In this document: positions 1 through 11,970 of the stretch, in pieces | How the letters are laid out: each line of letters starts with the position of its first letter | Position numbering within the stretch: the stretch's first letter is position 1 | Assembly (NCBI RefSeq): GCF_008189405.1 | Contig: NZ_CP043316.1 | Location: forward strand, 120,001-152,000 | Length of the DNA stretch: 32,000 bases | Source: Candidatus Saccharimonadota bacterium | Lineage (GTDB): Bacteria; Pseudomonadota; Alphaproteobacteria; CAJXXZ01; 1604HC | Direction: 5' to 3' | The notes under the pieces: generated by a model | What the model was told of the DNA's origin: nothing | The model's input: only the letters and a program-made list of their open reading frames with translations | Database searches by the model: none | Program-made: the position numbers and the translations under genes

Positions 1-363
1 ATAGTGCTTTTTATATACAGGTGCTTTTTTTTCTTTAGATAATCTATTTCGTAATTCATCTAATTCTTCTTTTGTTTCATATGCTGGGTATATAATCCCT
101 TTTTCTTTGCATATTTCTATCCATTTAGAATAAATTGCATTTCGTTCAGATTGAAATATTTCTTTGTCAAATTTAATACCCATCCAAGACAAATCATTTC
201 TGATTGCATCAATATATTTTGTGTCAACTCGATCTGTATCATCGAAACGTAATACTAGCTTGGCATTGTTATTTTGAGCCCATAAATAAGATAGTAGAGC
301 AGTCCTAATATTTCCTAAATGTAATAATCCAGTTGGACTAGGAGCAAATCGCGTGCATAACAT
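1..363 (-). CDS. gltX: Glutamyl-tRNA synthetase, N-terminal 121 codons (gene runs off the window start)
   Basis: My own reverse-strand translation from the ATG at 363-361 gives MLCTRFAPSPTGLLHLGNIRTALLSYLWAQNNNAKLVLRFDDTD... The class-I HIGH-region pattern PSPTGxLHLGNxRTAL followed by RFDDTD is typical of GluRS. It is absent from the ORF track because the window edge truncates it. Confidence 0.85.
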   Translation of the reverse strand, partial: MLCTRFAPSPTGLLHLGNIRTALLSYLWAQNNNAKLVLRFDDTDRVDTKYIDAIRNDLSWMGIKFDKEIFQSERNAIYSKWIEICKEKGIIYPAYETKEELDELRNRLSKEKKAPVYKKHY

Positions 364-497
364 GAGATTATCGTAGAATTCATTAGTAATAATTGCAATA
401 ATAAAATTAATAGTTATAGTAAATGCAAATTTATACAAATAACTGTTTATGCATAAAAATATGTAAACTTTATCATTTTTATGATAAAAGCATAGAA

Positions 498-1430
498 ATG
501 AATGACATAAACACGGAAATAACTAAAACAGATTATGATAATTTCTCTATATTGCATTTTCAAGAACTAAGTAGTACTCAGGCTTTTGCAAAGGAAATTA
601 TTCATGGTGATTTACTGCATTATTCTAATGACTTGTTATTTAAATTAATGAATGAAAATAAGTTTCTCACAATCATATCAGATACACAGAATTCTGGAGT
701 GGGACAATATGGTAGGTCATGGGTTTCACCACATGGGAATTTATATATGAGTTGTATAGTAAAGCTGGATAAATGTGATGTCATAAACTTAACACAGGTT
801 TTTGCATTATTAGTACATGATATCTTGCTTAATGATTATGGAATTCTTATACAAATCAAATGGATAAATGATATTTTATATAGTTCAAAACAAATTAATT
901 CAAAGAAAATGGGTGGAATAATATGTGAAGTATGTAAATTGAAAGATGGGAAAGATATGCTGCAAAGCAAGGATGTTTTGATAGTTGGTATTGGTATTAA
1001 TATTAATGTTGCAACTGCAGACAATTCTATTTGTATGCGAGATATTTTAAAAGACACAGATAACATGATTGGACAAACTAATATAATAGATAAAGTTAGT
1101 ATGGTTAGTAAGGATGGTATGCATGGCAAAGTAAATTCAGGTGATCAAATTAATATAGTTGGGTTGGCAGAAAAGATTTGTCATAAATTACCAAAATATC
1201 TGGATCAATATTATGTAGGTGGGATTGAAGTTTTTATAGATAAATTAAATAGTAACGCAGCTTATATTAATGAAAACGTAATTTTATATATTAGAGAAAG
1301 TGAAATTAAGGGAATCTTTAAAGGGTATGACAAAAATGGAATGATTATTTTAGAATATGGAAATGGGGTTAGAGAGTCGTTTCATGAAGGTAGAATGAGA
1401 TTGGCTGATAGTTCAGATTATATATTGTAA
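498..1430 (+). CDS. birA: Biotin--[acetyl-CoA-carboxylase] ligase, class I (no N-terminal HTH)
   Basis: The motif GVGQYGRSWVSPHGNLYMS matches the BirA signature GRGRxGRxWxSPxGxNLYxS, and KWINDI plus GGIICE lie downstream. The track ORF opens at 423, but its first 25 codons (MQIYTNNCLCIKICKLYHF...) look non-genic. The ATG at 498 (MNDINTEI...) is the more plausible start. Confidence 0.75.
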   Translation: MNDINTEITKTDYDNFSILHFQELSSTQAFAKEIIHGDLLHYSNDLLFKLMNENKFLTIISDTQNSGVGQYGRSWVSPHGNLYMSCIVKLDKCDVINLTQVFALLVHDILLNDYGILIQIKWINDILYSSKQINSKKMGGIICEVCKLKDGKDMLQSKDVLIVGIGININVATADNSICMRDILKDTDNMIGQTNIIDKVSMVSKDGMHGKVNSGDQINIVGLAEKICHKLPKYLDQYYVGGIEVFIDKLNSNAAYINENVILYIRESEIKGIFKGYDKNGMIILEYGNGVRESFHEGRMRLADSSDYIL

Positions 1431-1674
1431 AGTGCAGGCGCAGAAACTATGCAACTGCTAAATCATAAATGGCTAAACACAAGCATTCTCAAATATACAA
1501 ATATTAAATATCCAAACATCAAGCTATAAGCAACCAAATAAAATGATATTTTAATTTATGTTTATAATCTGTATTGACGGTTTAATACACTGATAGTGTG
1601 ATATTTTGATTCGTGATTATGCTATATATCCTGCCACCATTGCTTGATAGTTAGGAAGGATAGGGTTACTATAA

Positions 1675-3966
<2,292 letters not shown>

Positions 3967-4271
3967 TATACTTATTCTTTTTGCCCATAAAATGCATATT
4001 GGTATAGTTTGAGCTCCGTTGAATATATGAAATTCATTTTTAAATGAAACTTAAAATACAAGTTTATAATGATTTAAAATAAATGACCCAAAATAATTTG
4101 CAATGTTATAGAATTCTGCATAGGTGAGTTTATATTTGTTGTGCATAATTATTTCTATATTATAGCTATGAGATTGCTATAATGTATTGGAATTGCCTAT
4201 GAAATCAATATAGTGTTAATTAATTGCTATAAAACCTTTTTATTTATGAGAATGTAGCGTATGATTACCTT

Positions 4272-4790
4272 ATGCGTAGTTATAGATTAGTCTGTGTATT
4301 ACAACAGATTCTTTCAGCTGAAGAAGCACAATTGCAAGTTGATAAAATTACAAATCATCTTACAGAAAATAATGGTGAAATCATTGGTGTGAAGAATTTT
4401 GGTTTGATGAAGTTAGCTTATCAAATGAATAGAAATGCACGTGGTCATTATTTTATTATAGATTTTAAGCTTGATCCTTTGAAAGTTAAATCACTAAGAA
4501 GTTTAATGAGTTTGAATGATAAGTTTTTAAGAGATATTATTGTTATACTAGATAAAGAGAGTAAAACGTTAGATAAAATTAGTTTTGCTGCAGATAAAAA
4601 TAGAGAAAGAAAGCTAGATCTTATAATTGGGGAATCTGCTTTCTTGAATAATTTGGGTCAATTTATCAGTACATATGGTAAAATATTATCCAGACATATT
4701 ATAGGTATATCTTCAAAACAAATGAGATGTCTATCTCAAGCTATTAAGAGAGCCAGATATATTGGCTTGCTTCCTTTCAGAATTCAATAA
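4272..4790 (+). CDS. rpsF-rpsR: Single ORF fusing 30S ribosomal protein S6 (N-terminal ~100 aa) to 30S ribosomal protein S18 (C-terminal ~60 aa)
   Basis: The N-terminus MRSYRLVCVL...GLMKLAYQMNRNARGHYFIIDF...LNDKFLRDIIV aligns with S6 (E. coli MRHYEIVFMV...[22 protein letters not shown]...FNDAVIRSMV). The C-terminus LGQFISTYGKILSRHIIGISSKQMRCLSQAIKRARYIGLLPF aligns with S18 ([42 protein letters not shown]). No stop codon separates them. Confidence 0.85.
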   Translation: MRSYRLVCVLQQILSAEEAQLQVDKITNHLTENNGEIIGVKNFGLMKLAYQMNRNARGHYFIIDFKLDPLKVKSLRSLMSLNDKFLRDIIVILDKESKTLDKISFAADKNRERKLDLIIGESAFLNNLGQFISTYGKILSRHIIGISSKQMRCLSQAIKRARYIGLLPFRIQ

Positions 4791-4870
4791 TCATTAGTAT
4801 TATTCTATATATTATTAGTTTTATATAAGTAATGATTTGGTTGATTTATCTTTATATATTATGGTTGGTC

Positions 4871-6016
4871 ATGAAGTCAAATAAAATTATTTTAAGCATT
4901 ATTTTTTCTTATTCTGTAAATGCTGGTGATGATTATGAGTCATTGCATTATACTATGCCAGATGGGGATCAGGAAGAAATGATTTCTCATTTTATAGATA
5001 GGAATATAGAGAGTAGCCAAGATAATAAATCTAATAAATGTGATTTTGTTGCTGTATTAAATGTAATTGCCTTGCAAGAAAGTTATGAACTAAGTGATGG
5101 TGATTTATCTTTTATGCAGAGCTTTAGCAAGAGTGATAATAATCTGCTTGGAGATAAAATTCTGAGATTAGTGGATAGTTTTTGTGTGAGATATCATATT
5201 CCTTATGCATCTCAATTGCTGAATAGGCAAATTACTAGAGAATATTGCGATGGACATGAATATGAATTGCCAATTCAATATGATGAAGATTTGGTGCGTT
5301 CAACAATGTTACCTCAAGATTTAATGGATGAATTACATAGTAATATTGTTGATATTCCAGATTCTATATTTACAAATATATTAACAGGTTTGATTGGTTG
5401 TGGGCGATTTTATAATCAAGAATTTAGATCAACAGCAGCTTTAAATTATTTGAGTTATAATTCAAATTATATAATGCTAATGCAAATATTAAATTTAAAT
5501 TTCAATTGTGATTTGTATGATGGTAGTGAATTTAGCTTGCATTTAAAATATAAAAACAATTTGGCAATAAGTAAATTATTTGAGCTATATTCATATAATG
5601 CACATAAGGTATTTAGCATGAATAGTGATGTAATGCAGTTGTTGCAAATTGCTGAGATTGATTCACTTTCCCTACCTAGGAGTCAGGTACATGTTATTGA
5701 GTATTTATTGAGCAATAATATTATGAGATTTCCAAGAAGCTTAACATTTAACAATACTCATAATGAGTTTGAAAAATATACATTTAATATGATACCAAAT
5801 GGTGAGTCATTTAAATTATACGTTGATCTTCTTGAAGATATATCATGTATTGAATCAAGAGAGAAATCAGAGAAGATTTTAGAATTCTATGCTAAATACT
5901 ATACAATGGAAAAATCACCTAATATGATTGCTGGGCAGTATGTATATGATTTGACAATAAAATCTGGATTGTTCAATGCATATTGTGGTGAGATTGAAGA
6001 ATCAACTACAAGCTGA
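4871..6016 (+). CDS. Hypothetical secreted protein (lineage-specific ORFan)
   Basis: A long ORF in AT-rich DNA. The internal ATG at 4871 gives MKSNKIILSIIFSYSVNA|GDDY, a classic Sec signal peptide with a VNA-G cleavage site. I recognise no domain or motif. The track start at 4832 is probably too far upstream. Confidence 0.6.
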   Translation: MKSNKIILSIIFSYSVNAGDDYESLHYTMPDGDQEEMISHFIDRNIESSQDNKSNKCDFVAVLNVIALQESYELSDGDLSFMQSFSKSDNNLLGDKILRLVDSFCVRYHIPYASQLLNRQITREYCDGHEYELPIQYDEDLVRSTMLPQDLMDELHSNIVDIPDSIFTNILTGLIGCGRFYNQEFRSTAALNYLSYNSNYIMLMQILNLNFNCDLYDGSEFSLHLKYKNNLAISKLFELYSYNAHKVFSMNSDVMQLLQIAEIDSLSLPRSQVHVIEYLLSNNIMRFPRSLTFNNTHNEFEKYTFNMIPNGESFKLYVDLLEDISCIESREKSEKILEFYAKYYTMEKSPNMIAGQYVYDLTIKSGLFNAYCGEIEESTTS

Positions 6017-6568
6017 ATTACATCAATATGTTCTTCATATGAGTTATTGTTGAGTAAGTAATCGAAAATTGACTATGTACTTTACTGCTAAACATGAAAA
6101 TATATGTTAAACGCAAAAATGTATAATTTGGTATGCAAATACAATATATATGAACTTTAGTACTATATTAATTATTTAGACACTATTTCAATTATCTAGG
6201 GTGAGTGTAGAAGAAGTGATGTAAATTTTTCAGGAATTATCAGCTTGTTCTAGATAGTCATTGGATTGTTATGAGATTACCTGTACATTATTAGATAAGT
6301 TTTCAATTGTTATCTAAGAATTATTATGAGTAATTTGCTTGTAGCATTATCATTAATAATTTGTTGTAATCTTAAATACATTATTGGAACCTATATATTT
6401 CCTAGCATATTCTTGAAAGTTATATTTTAATTGAATATTGAATATATGATTTGATTTATATCTTAATGAAGGCTTTTAATGCTAATTATGGTTTATGCGC
6501 TTGAATTATAGATTTATTGATAGAGCTGATTGATTTATGTAAATTAACTGTGATTTCTTTGTATATAA

Positions 6569-7552
6569 TTAATTATTATTTTCTTGTATATATTTGATTG
6601 CATCTATTCCTGCCATACACCCTTGTCCTGCAGATGTGATAGCTTGTCTGTAGACTTTATCCACTACATCTCCAGCTACGAATAGCCCAGGAACTGATGT
6701 GTGTACGCCATTCGCAATAACATATCCTTCGCTATCTAACTCTAGTATATCTCTTACTAATTCTGTTTGAGGCAGATGGCCAATTGCAATAAATACTCCA
6801 TCAACTTTGAGTTTTGTAATAGATTGAGATAATTTATTAAAAATGGAAATTTCTGACACTAATTTTGGTTTTATAGTGCCATGTATCTCATGCAATGTTG
6901 AGTTAAGGTGTAACTTAATATTTGGAATACGTTTCATCTGATCTTGCATGATTTGTTCTGCACGAAAAGTATCTCTGCGATGAATTACATGTACGGTAGA
7001 TGCGATGTGTGATAAGTATAATGCTTCTTCAACAGCTGTATTCCCCCCTCCAACTACCGCAACCTCCATGTTCTTGAAAAATGCACCATCACAAGTGGCA
7101 CAAGTGGAAACTCCATATCCTAGATATTCTTGCTCACTATCCAAACCTAGATATTTTGCTTTTGCACCAGTTGCTAGGATTACAGATTTGAACTTATATT
7201 GATTTTTGTATGAATCTAAATATATAGACTGTTTTTGTGGTTTGATATTTGTAATAGTTTCTTTGATCATGGAACACCCAGCATTCTCTGCTTGTTGATG
7301 CATTTTTTTCATCAATAAATGTGCATTTTCTTCATCAAATCCTGGGTAATTCTCTATGGATGTTGTAGTCATTAATTGCCCTTTAGATTGTGGCCCTTCA
7401 AATACAGCAACTTTTAGATTTGCTCGTACACAATATAATGCAGCACTTAATCCTGCAGGTCCAGAACCAATTATTCCAACATCAAACTCAATTATATCGT
7501 TGTTTACATTATTTTCATTACTAGATTTATTATTATTAGATTGATTTTGCAT
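6569..7552 (-). CDS. trxB: Thioredoxin reductase (NADPH)
   Basis: Contains GIIGSGPAGLSAALY (FAD binding), the redox-active CATCDG, GGGNTAVEEALYL with HRRDTFRA (NADPH binding) and FVAGDV. It also has an Asn-rich ~20-aa N-terminal extension. Confidence 0.93.
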   Translation of the reverse strand: MQNQSNNNKSSNENNVNNDIIEFDVGIIGSGPAGLSAALYCVRANLKVAVFEGPQSKGQLMTTTSIENYPGFDEENAHLLMKKMHQQAENAGCSMIKETITNIKPQKQSIYLDSYKNQYKFKSVILATGAKAKYLGLDSEQEYLGYGVSTCATCDGAFFKNMEVAVVGGGNTAVEEALYLSHIASTVHVIHRRDTFRAEQIMQDQMKRIPNIKLHLNSTLHEIHGTIKPKLVSEISIFNKLSQSITKLKVDGVFIAIGHLPQTELVRDILELDSEGYVIANGVHTSVPGLFVAGDVVDKVYRQAITSAGQGCMAGIDAIKYIQENNN

Positions 7553-7611
7553 ATACTTATTTTAAGCGAAAAATTGAAAATAATACAATAAAGATATACC
7601 ATTAAAAAGAT

Positions 7612-8643
7612 ATGTTTAATGCTCCTATTTTTGAAATCAATCTTAGTAATCTTGTAAAGAATTATAATTTGATCAAATCAAAAGTAGGAAAATGTGGCGC
7701 AGTGATTAAGTGTAATGCATATGGATTTGGTATGATTGAAACAGTTAGTGCCTTATTAAATGCTTCAGATTGTGTGGATTTCTTTGTAAGTGATATGAAT
7801 GAAGCGATAAAAGTTCGAAATGTACATCGTGATATTAATATATATGTCATGAGTGGATTTGAAGCAGAATATATTGATACTCTATGGGAGCATGATTTGA
7901 TTCCAGTTTGTTTTAATGAGAAGCAAATTGAATTATGGAATAAGAAATGTAAGGAACATAACACAAAAAAGGAAATTGTAATTCAAATTGAAACTGGATT
8001 GAATAGGTTGGGGTTAGATTTAGTAAGTTTTCAGAAAATTGCCAAGAAACAGGATTGTTCAAACATAAAGTTTGTGATGCACCATTTAGCATGTGGATAT
8101 GAAAAAGATGAAACTGTGGATACTCAATTACGAATTATGGAGAAAATTAAAGATTTTGAGAAAAGCTTATCTTCTTCTTGTGGGGTGCTACTAGATAGTA
8201 GGCATAATGGAGATATAACCAGAATTGGGCGTTTTTTATATGGGTCTGATGAGCAGTCTGATGGAATAAATTTGAATATAGTTGGAAAGCTATATGCACA
8301 AATTATTTCAATGAAATCTGTAAGAAAAGGATACTTCATAGGATACTCCAAAGGGTATCGAGCAAATAAAGATATGAGGATTGCAATTGTGAATATTGGG
8401 TATGGAGATGGGTATTCTGTAAAAGGAGGATTTGTTTTTACAAATGGTCAATATGCACAAATTATATCTTGTTCGATGGATTACCTGATTTTAAATATTA
8501 CTGATATGAGTATAGTAGATAAAAAAGTTGAATTACTAGGAGAGAATATTACATTTGATAAGATTGCACATTGGAATCATAGAGTAAAAGGTATGGAGAT
8601 TACATGTGTTCTAGGCAATAGGATAAAGAGGGTATACATATAA
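7612..8643 (+). CDS. alr: Alanine racemase
   Basis: VIKCNAYGFG matches the PLP-lysine motif V(V/I)KANAYGHG. The IGYGDGY region and the 343-aa length are typical of Alr. Confidence 0.85.
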   Translation: MFNAPIFEINLSNLVKNYNLIKSKVGKCGAVIKCNAYGFGMIETVSALLNASDCVDFFVSDMNEAIKVRNVHRDINIYVMSGFEAEYIDTLWEHDLIPVCFNEKQIELWNKKCKEHNTKKEIVIQIETGLNRLGLDLVSFQKIAKKQDCSNIKFVMHHLACGYEKDETVDTQLRIMEKIKDFEKSLSSSCGVLLDSRHNGDITRIGRFLYGSDEQSDGINLNIVGKLYAQIISMKSVRKGYFIGYSKGYRANKDMRIAIVNIGYGDGYSVKGGFVFTNGQYAQIISCSMDYLILNITDMSIVDKKVELLGENITFDKIAHWNHRVKGMEITCVLGNRIKRVYI

Positions 8644-8720
8644 ATATTACGCATTATATTATTGATATAAAATTACATAGTTCCATTCTGTTTATATAAA
8701 ATATATTGTACTATTTGAGT

Positions 8721-11570
8721 ATGAAGTACCCTGTTGCGTTGCCTAAAACTACATTTGGAATTAAGTCAAAAGATAATCAAAAAACATTGGATTTTTGGAC
8801 AGAAATATCACTGTATAGTAAATTAAAAGACAGAAATTATAAGCTAGAAGGTAGAAAATTAGGTGAGTTCTTATTACATGATGGCCCTCCATTTGCTAAT
8901 GGCGCTCCGCATATGGGTCATGCTGTCAATAAGATTATGAAGGATATTTTTAACAGAGGGAAAGCAATGTTAGGGTATAGCATAAATTATGTTCCTGGAT
9001 GGGACTGTCATGGATTACCTATTGAGGCAGCTGTAGAATCTGAGTTGAAAAAGTCTGGCAAAAGAAGGTCTGAGTTAAATATTACTGAGTTTCGTAAGCT
9101 ATGTTTTGATTTTGCTAGTAAATGGGTTGAAGTGCAAAAAGATGGTTTTATAAAAATGGGTGTGATTGGAGATTTTGACAACCCGTATAAAACAATGAAT
9201 AGTCAGCTGGATATTCTCAAAGAGTTTCATAAATTTGTTGCTGATGGGTTGGTTTATCGTGGATCTAAACCTGTAATGTGGTCATGCTCTGAGCGTACAG
9301 CATTAGCTGAAGCTGAAGTTGAATATTATGACAAGAAGAGTAATTCTATAGATGTTAAATTTGAGATAATCAAAAGTAATAATAGTGAGCTTAATGGGTG
9401 TAAAATTGTGATTTGGACTACAACTCCTTGGACATTACCAGCAAATAGAGCAGTTGCATATGGTGCAGATTTCGAATATGTGATTTTTAGTACAAATGAG
9501 CAAAGTGATGAAAATACCTTGAAAAATGATAAGAATAACGAGAAATTGATCGTAGCAAAAGAACTATATTCAGATTTCTGTAAAAGAGCTAATTTGGATA
9601 ATACTAAAATTATTAGAACAATTGTTGGTTCAGATTTAGCTGGAGTGTTTTGTAAACATCCAATGTATGATTTTGGGTTTAAAATAGAAGTTCCTGTAAT
9701 TTCAGGACATCATGTGATATTAGATCAGGGTACGGGTTTAGTTCATACTGCCCCTAGTCATGGTGAAGAAGATTTTGTGATTGGAAAAAAATATAATTTA
9801 GATGTTCCTGAATTAGTCGATGAAAAAGGGAAGTATAAGCCTAATGTTCCATTTGTTGGTGGGGAAGATATTTTTGAAAGTGAAAATAAGATTATTGAAG
9901 AGCTTAAAAGTAGAAATATAATTGCTGCTCATCATAAAATCGTACATTCCTACCCACATTCATGGAGATCTAGAAAACCATTAATATACAGAGTTACACC
10001 TCAGTGGTTTATGAATATTGCACAAATGAAAAAAAATGCACTACATGCTGTAGAGAATGTTAACTGGATTCCAGAATTTGGTAAAAATAGATTTGTATCA
10101 ATGCTAGAAAATAGGGGGGATTGGTGTGTCTCTAGACAAAGAGTGTGGGGAGTCCCATTAGCGATTTTATATCATAATGAAACTGGAGAAGTATTAAAGG
10201 ATCAGTCAGTTTTAGATGCAATCCAAAACGAATTAGGGGAAAAAGGTGTTGATGCATGGTGGTCTGTTGCTGAGAAATATGCTAAAAAATACCCAGATTA
10301 TGTCCCTGTATATGATATTTTAGATGTATGGTTTGAATCTGGTGCAAGCCAAGCGTATGTTCTAAACCATAAGCAGGCAGATGTGTATTTCGAAGGATCT
10401 GACCAACATAGAGGGTGGTTTCAATCATCAGGATTACAAGCTTCTCGTAATGAAGTAAGATTGCCATATAAAAACTTAATTACCCATGGATTTGTAGTTG
10501 ATAAACAAGGTAGGAAAATGTCGAAATCCTTGGGCAATGGAGTAAGCCCGATAGATCTAATTGATGAATATGGTGCAGATTTGATACGTTTGTGGATTGC
10601 AAGTCAAAATTATACCGAAGATTTACGTTGGAGCTTAGAGCATCTGAATCGTGTGAAAGATATGGAAAAAAGGTTTAGAAATACTTTGAAATACATGATT
10701 GGGAGTATTCAATTTGGGTATGAATATGATTATGACAGTATGCCACTTCTTGAAAAATGGATTCTTCATAAACTTTATGTGTTGAATGAAGAGTTTAAGG
10801 AATCTATTAATGAATTCACAACCTATAAATTTATGAGAAAGCTTTTTCTATTTTGTACTGTGGATTTATCTGCATTTTACTTAGATATTAGAAAAGAGAT
10901 ATTATATTGTGATGATATAAACGAGAGTTTGCCTAAAGCAGTAAGAATGGTACTGAAATATACTCTTGATTGTTTGTTGAGGTGGTTAGCTCCTATTATG
11001 AGTTTTGCAGCAGAAGAGGCTTGGCATGCAATGAGTAATACTGATTCTATACATGAGCAGGTTATTTTGGATTTAGATTCACAATGGAATAATGAAGAAT
11101 TGGATAGTCAAGTTGCAGAGTTACGTAATATTAGAAGAGTAGTTACATCAGCTCTAGAAAATATGAGAGAGTCAAAAGAAATTAATTCGAGCTTGGATGC
11201 AGAAATAGTGATAATTGCTCCAGAATCTGGTCAATTATTTGAAAATATAGTAAGTAAGGTTACAAATAGAAATACTATGAATGGAAAAAGTTCAGAGCAA
11301 ATGTCATATGAACGCGTAATGCAAGAGATTTGTATAGTTTCTGGGCTGAAAACATTTACAAACATTGAGGGTTTTGAGAGCTATAACTTAAGTTTAAATG
11401 GCAGTGGACAATTTGATATTAGTCAAATACATGAAATTGATGATGTGAAAAATGTAAAGGTGATTGCTAAAAAAGCTGATGGGAATAAGTGTCCTAGGTG
11501 TAAGAAAGTATACAAAAACATAGAAGAGTTATGTGTTCGTTGTGAACGTGTTGTAAAATTGCATGTATAA
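8721..11570 (+). CDS. ileS: Isoleucyl-tRNA synthetase (bacterial type, C-terminal Zn-finger)
   Basis: Has HMGHAVNKI (HIGH) and KMSKSLGN (KMSKS). The CP1 editing motifs WTTTPWTLPAN and GTGLVHTAPSHGEEDF are intact. The C-terminus carries CPRC...CVRC. ATG at 8721 (MKYPVALPKT) is preferred over the TTG at 8706 used by the track. Confidence 0.95.
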   Translation: MKYPVALPKTTFGIKSKDNQKTLDFWTEISLYSKLKDRNYKLEGRKLGEFLLHDGPPFANGAPHMGHAVNKIMKDIFNRGKAMLGYSINYVPGWDCHGLPIEAAVESELKKSGKRRSELNITEFRKLCFDFASKWVEVQKDGFIKMGVIGDFDNPYKTMNSQLDILKEFHKFVADGLVYRGSKPVMWSCSERTALAEAEVEYYDKKSNSIDVKFEIIKSNNSELNGCKIVIWTTTPWTLPANRAVAYGADFEYVIFSTNEQSDENTLKNDKNNEKLIVAKELYSDFCKRANLDNTKIIRTIVGSDLAGVFCKHPMYDFGFKIEVPVISGHHVILDQGTGLVHTAPSHGEEDFVIGKKYNLDVPELVDEKGKYKPNVPFVGGEDIFESENKIIEELKSRNIIAAHHKIVHSYPHSWRSRKPLIYRVTPQWFMNIAQMKKNALHAVENVNWIPEFGKNRFVSMLENRGDWCVSRQRVWGVPLAILYHNETGEVLKDQSVLDAIQNELGEKGVDAWWSVAEKYAKKYPDYVPVYDILDVWFESGASQAYVLNHKQADVYFEGSDQHRGWFQSSGLQASRNEVRLPYKNLITHGFVVDKQGRKMSKSLGNGVSPIDLIDEYGADLIRLWIASQNYTEDLRWSLEHLNRVKDMEKRFRNTLKYMIGSIQFGYEYDYDSMPLLEKWILHKLYVLNEEFKESINEFTTYKFMRKLFLFCTVDLSAFYLDIRKEILYCDDINESLPKAVRMVLKYTLDCLLRWLAPIMSFAAEEAWHAMSNTDSIHEQVILDLDSQWNNEELDSQVAELRNIRRVVTSALENMRESKEINSSLDAEIVIIAPESGQLFENIVSKVTNRNTMNGKSSEQMSYERVMQEICIVSGLKTFTNIEGFESYNLSLNGSGQFDISQIHEIDDVKNVKVIAKKADGNKCPRCKKVYKNIEELCVRCERVVKLHV

Positions 11571-11790
11571 AAAGCATTTAACAATGTTTTTATAATTTAT
11601 AATGCAAATAGTATGAAGTTATTTTGTAAGATATTAATAAAGCTTACTCTTATAAAATATGCAACTATATTTGCAACCTTATGATAAACTTTACTTTTTA
11701 CTTGCGTTTAAATGATTTATTGTTTTAGGCAAATTTGATTAATTAATATAGAAATTGTGTTGTGCAAGTCTCACGTTGTTCGCTTGCAGG

Positions 11791-11961
11791 AGCTTCGCTT
11801 TAATTAAGATTCGTTTCACTCTCTTATAGAAGCTTCGCTTTAATTAAGATTCGTTTCACTCTCTTATAGAAGCTTCGCTTTAATTAAGATTCGTTTCACT
11901 CTCTTATAGAAGCTTCGCTTTAATTAAGATTCGTTTCACTCTCTTATAGAAGCTTCGCTTT
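11791..11961. repeat. Perfect 40-bp tandem repeat, 4 full copies plus an 11-bp partial fifth
   Basis: The unit agcttcgctttaattaagattcgtttcactctcttataga occurs at 11791-11830, 11831-11870, 11871-11910 and 11911-11950 with no mismatch, then agcttcgcttt follows. It lies between the convergent 3' ends of ileS (11570) and the minus-strand ORF ending at 11971. Confidence 0.95.
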
Positions 11962-11970
11962 TACAAGTTT

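Noticed and set aside
423-497. The ORF track proposes longer N-terminal extensions: birA from 423, the ORFan from 4832, ileS from TTG 8706, erpA from 17624 and gatC from 29913.
   Set aside because: The extensions translate to non-conserved, Cys/Ile/Phe-rich sequence. In each case an internal ATG aligns with the normal N-terminus of the family or with a clean signal peptide. The shorter starts are preferred, though none is proven.
11791-11961. The 40-bp repeat array could be read as a CRISPR array.
   Set aside because: The units are directly contiguous with no unique spacers, and no cas genes are in the window. It is a simple tandem repeat.
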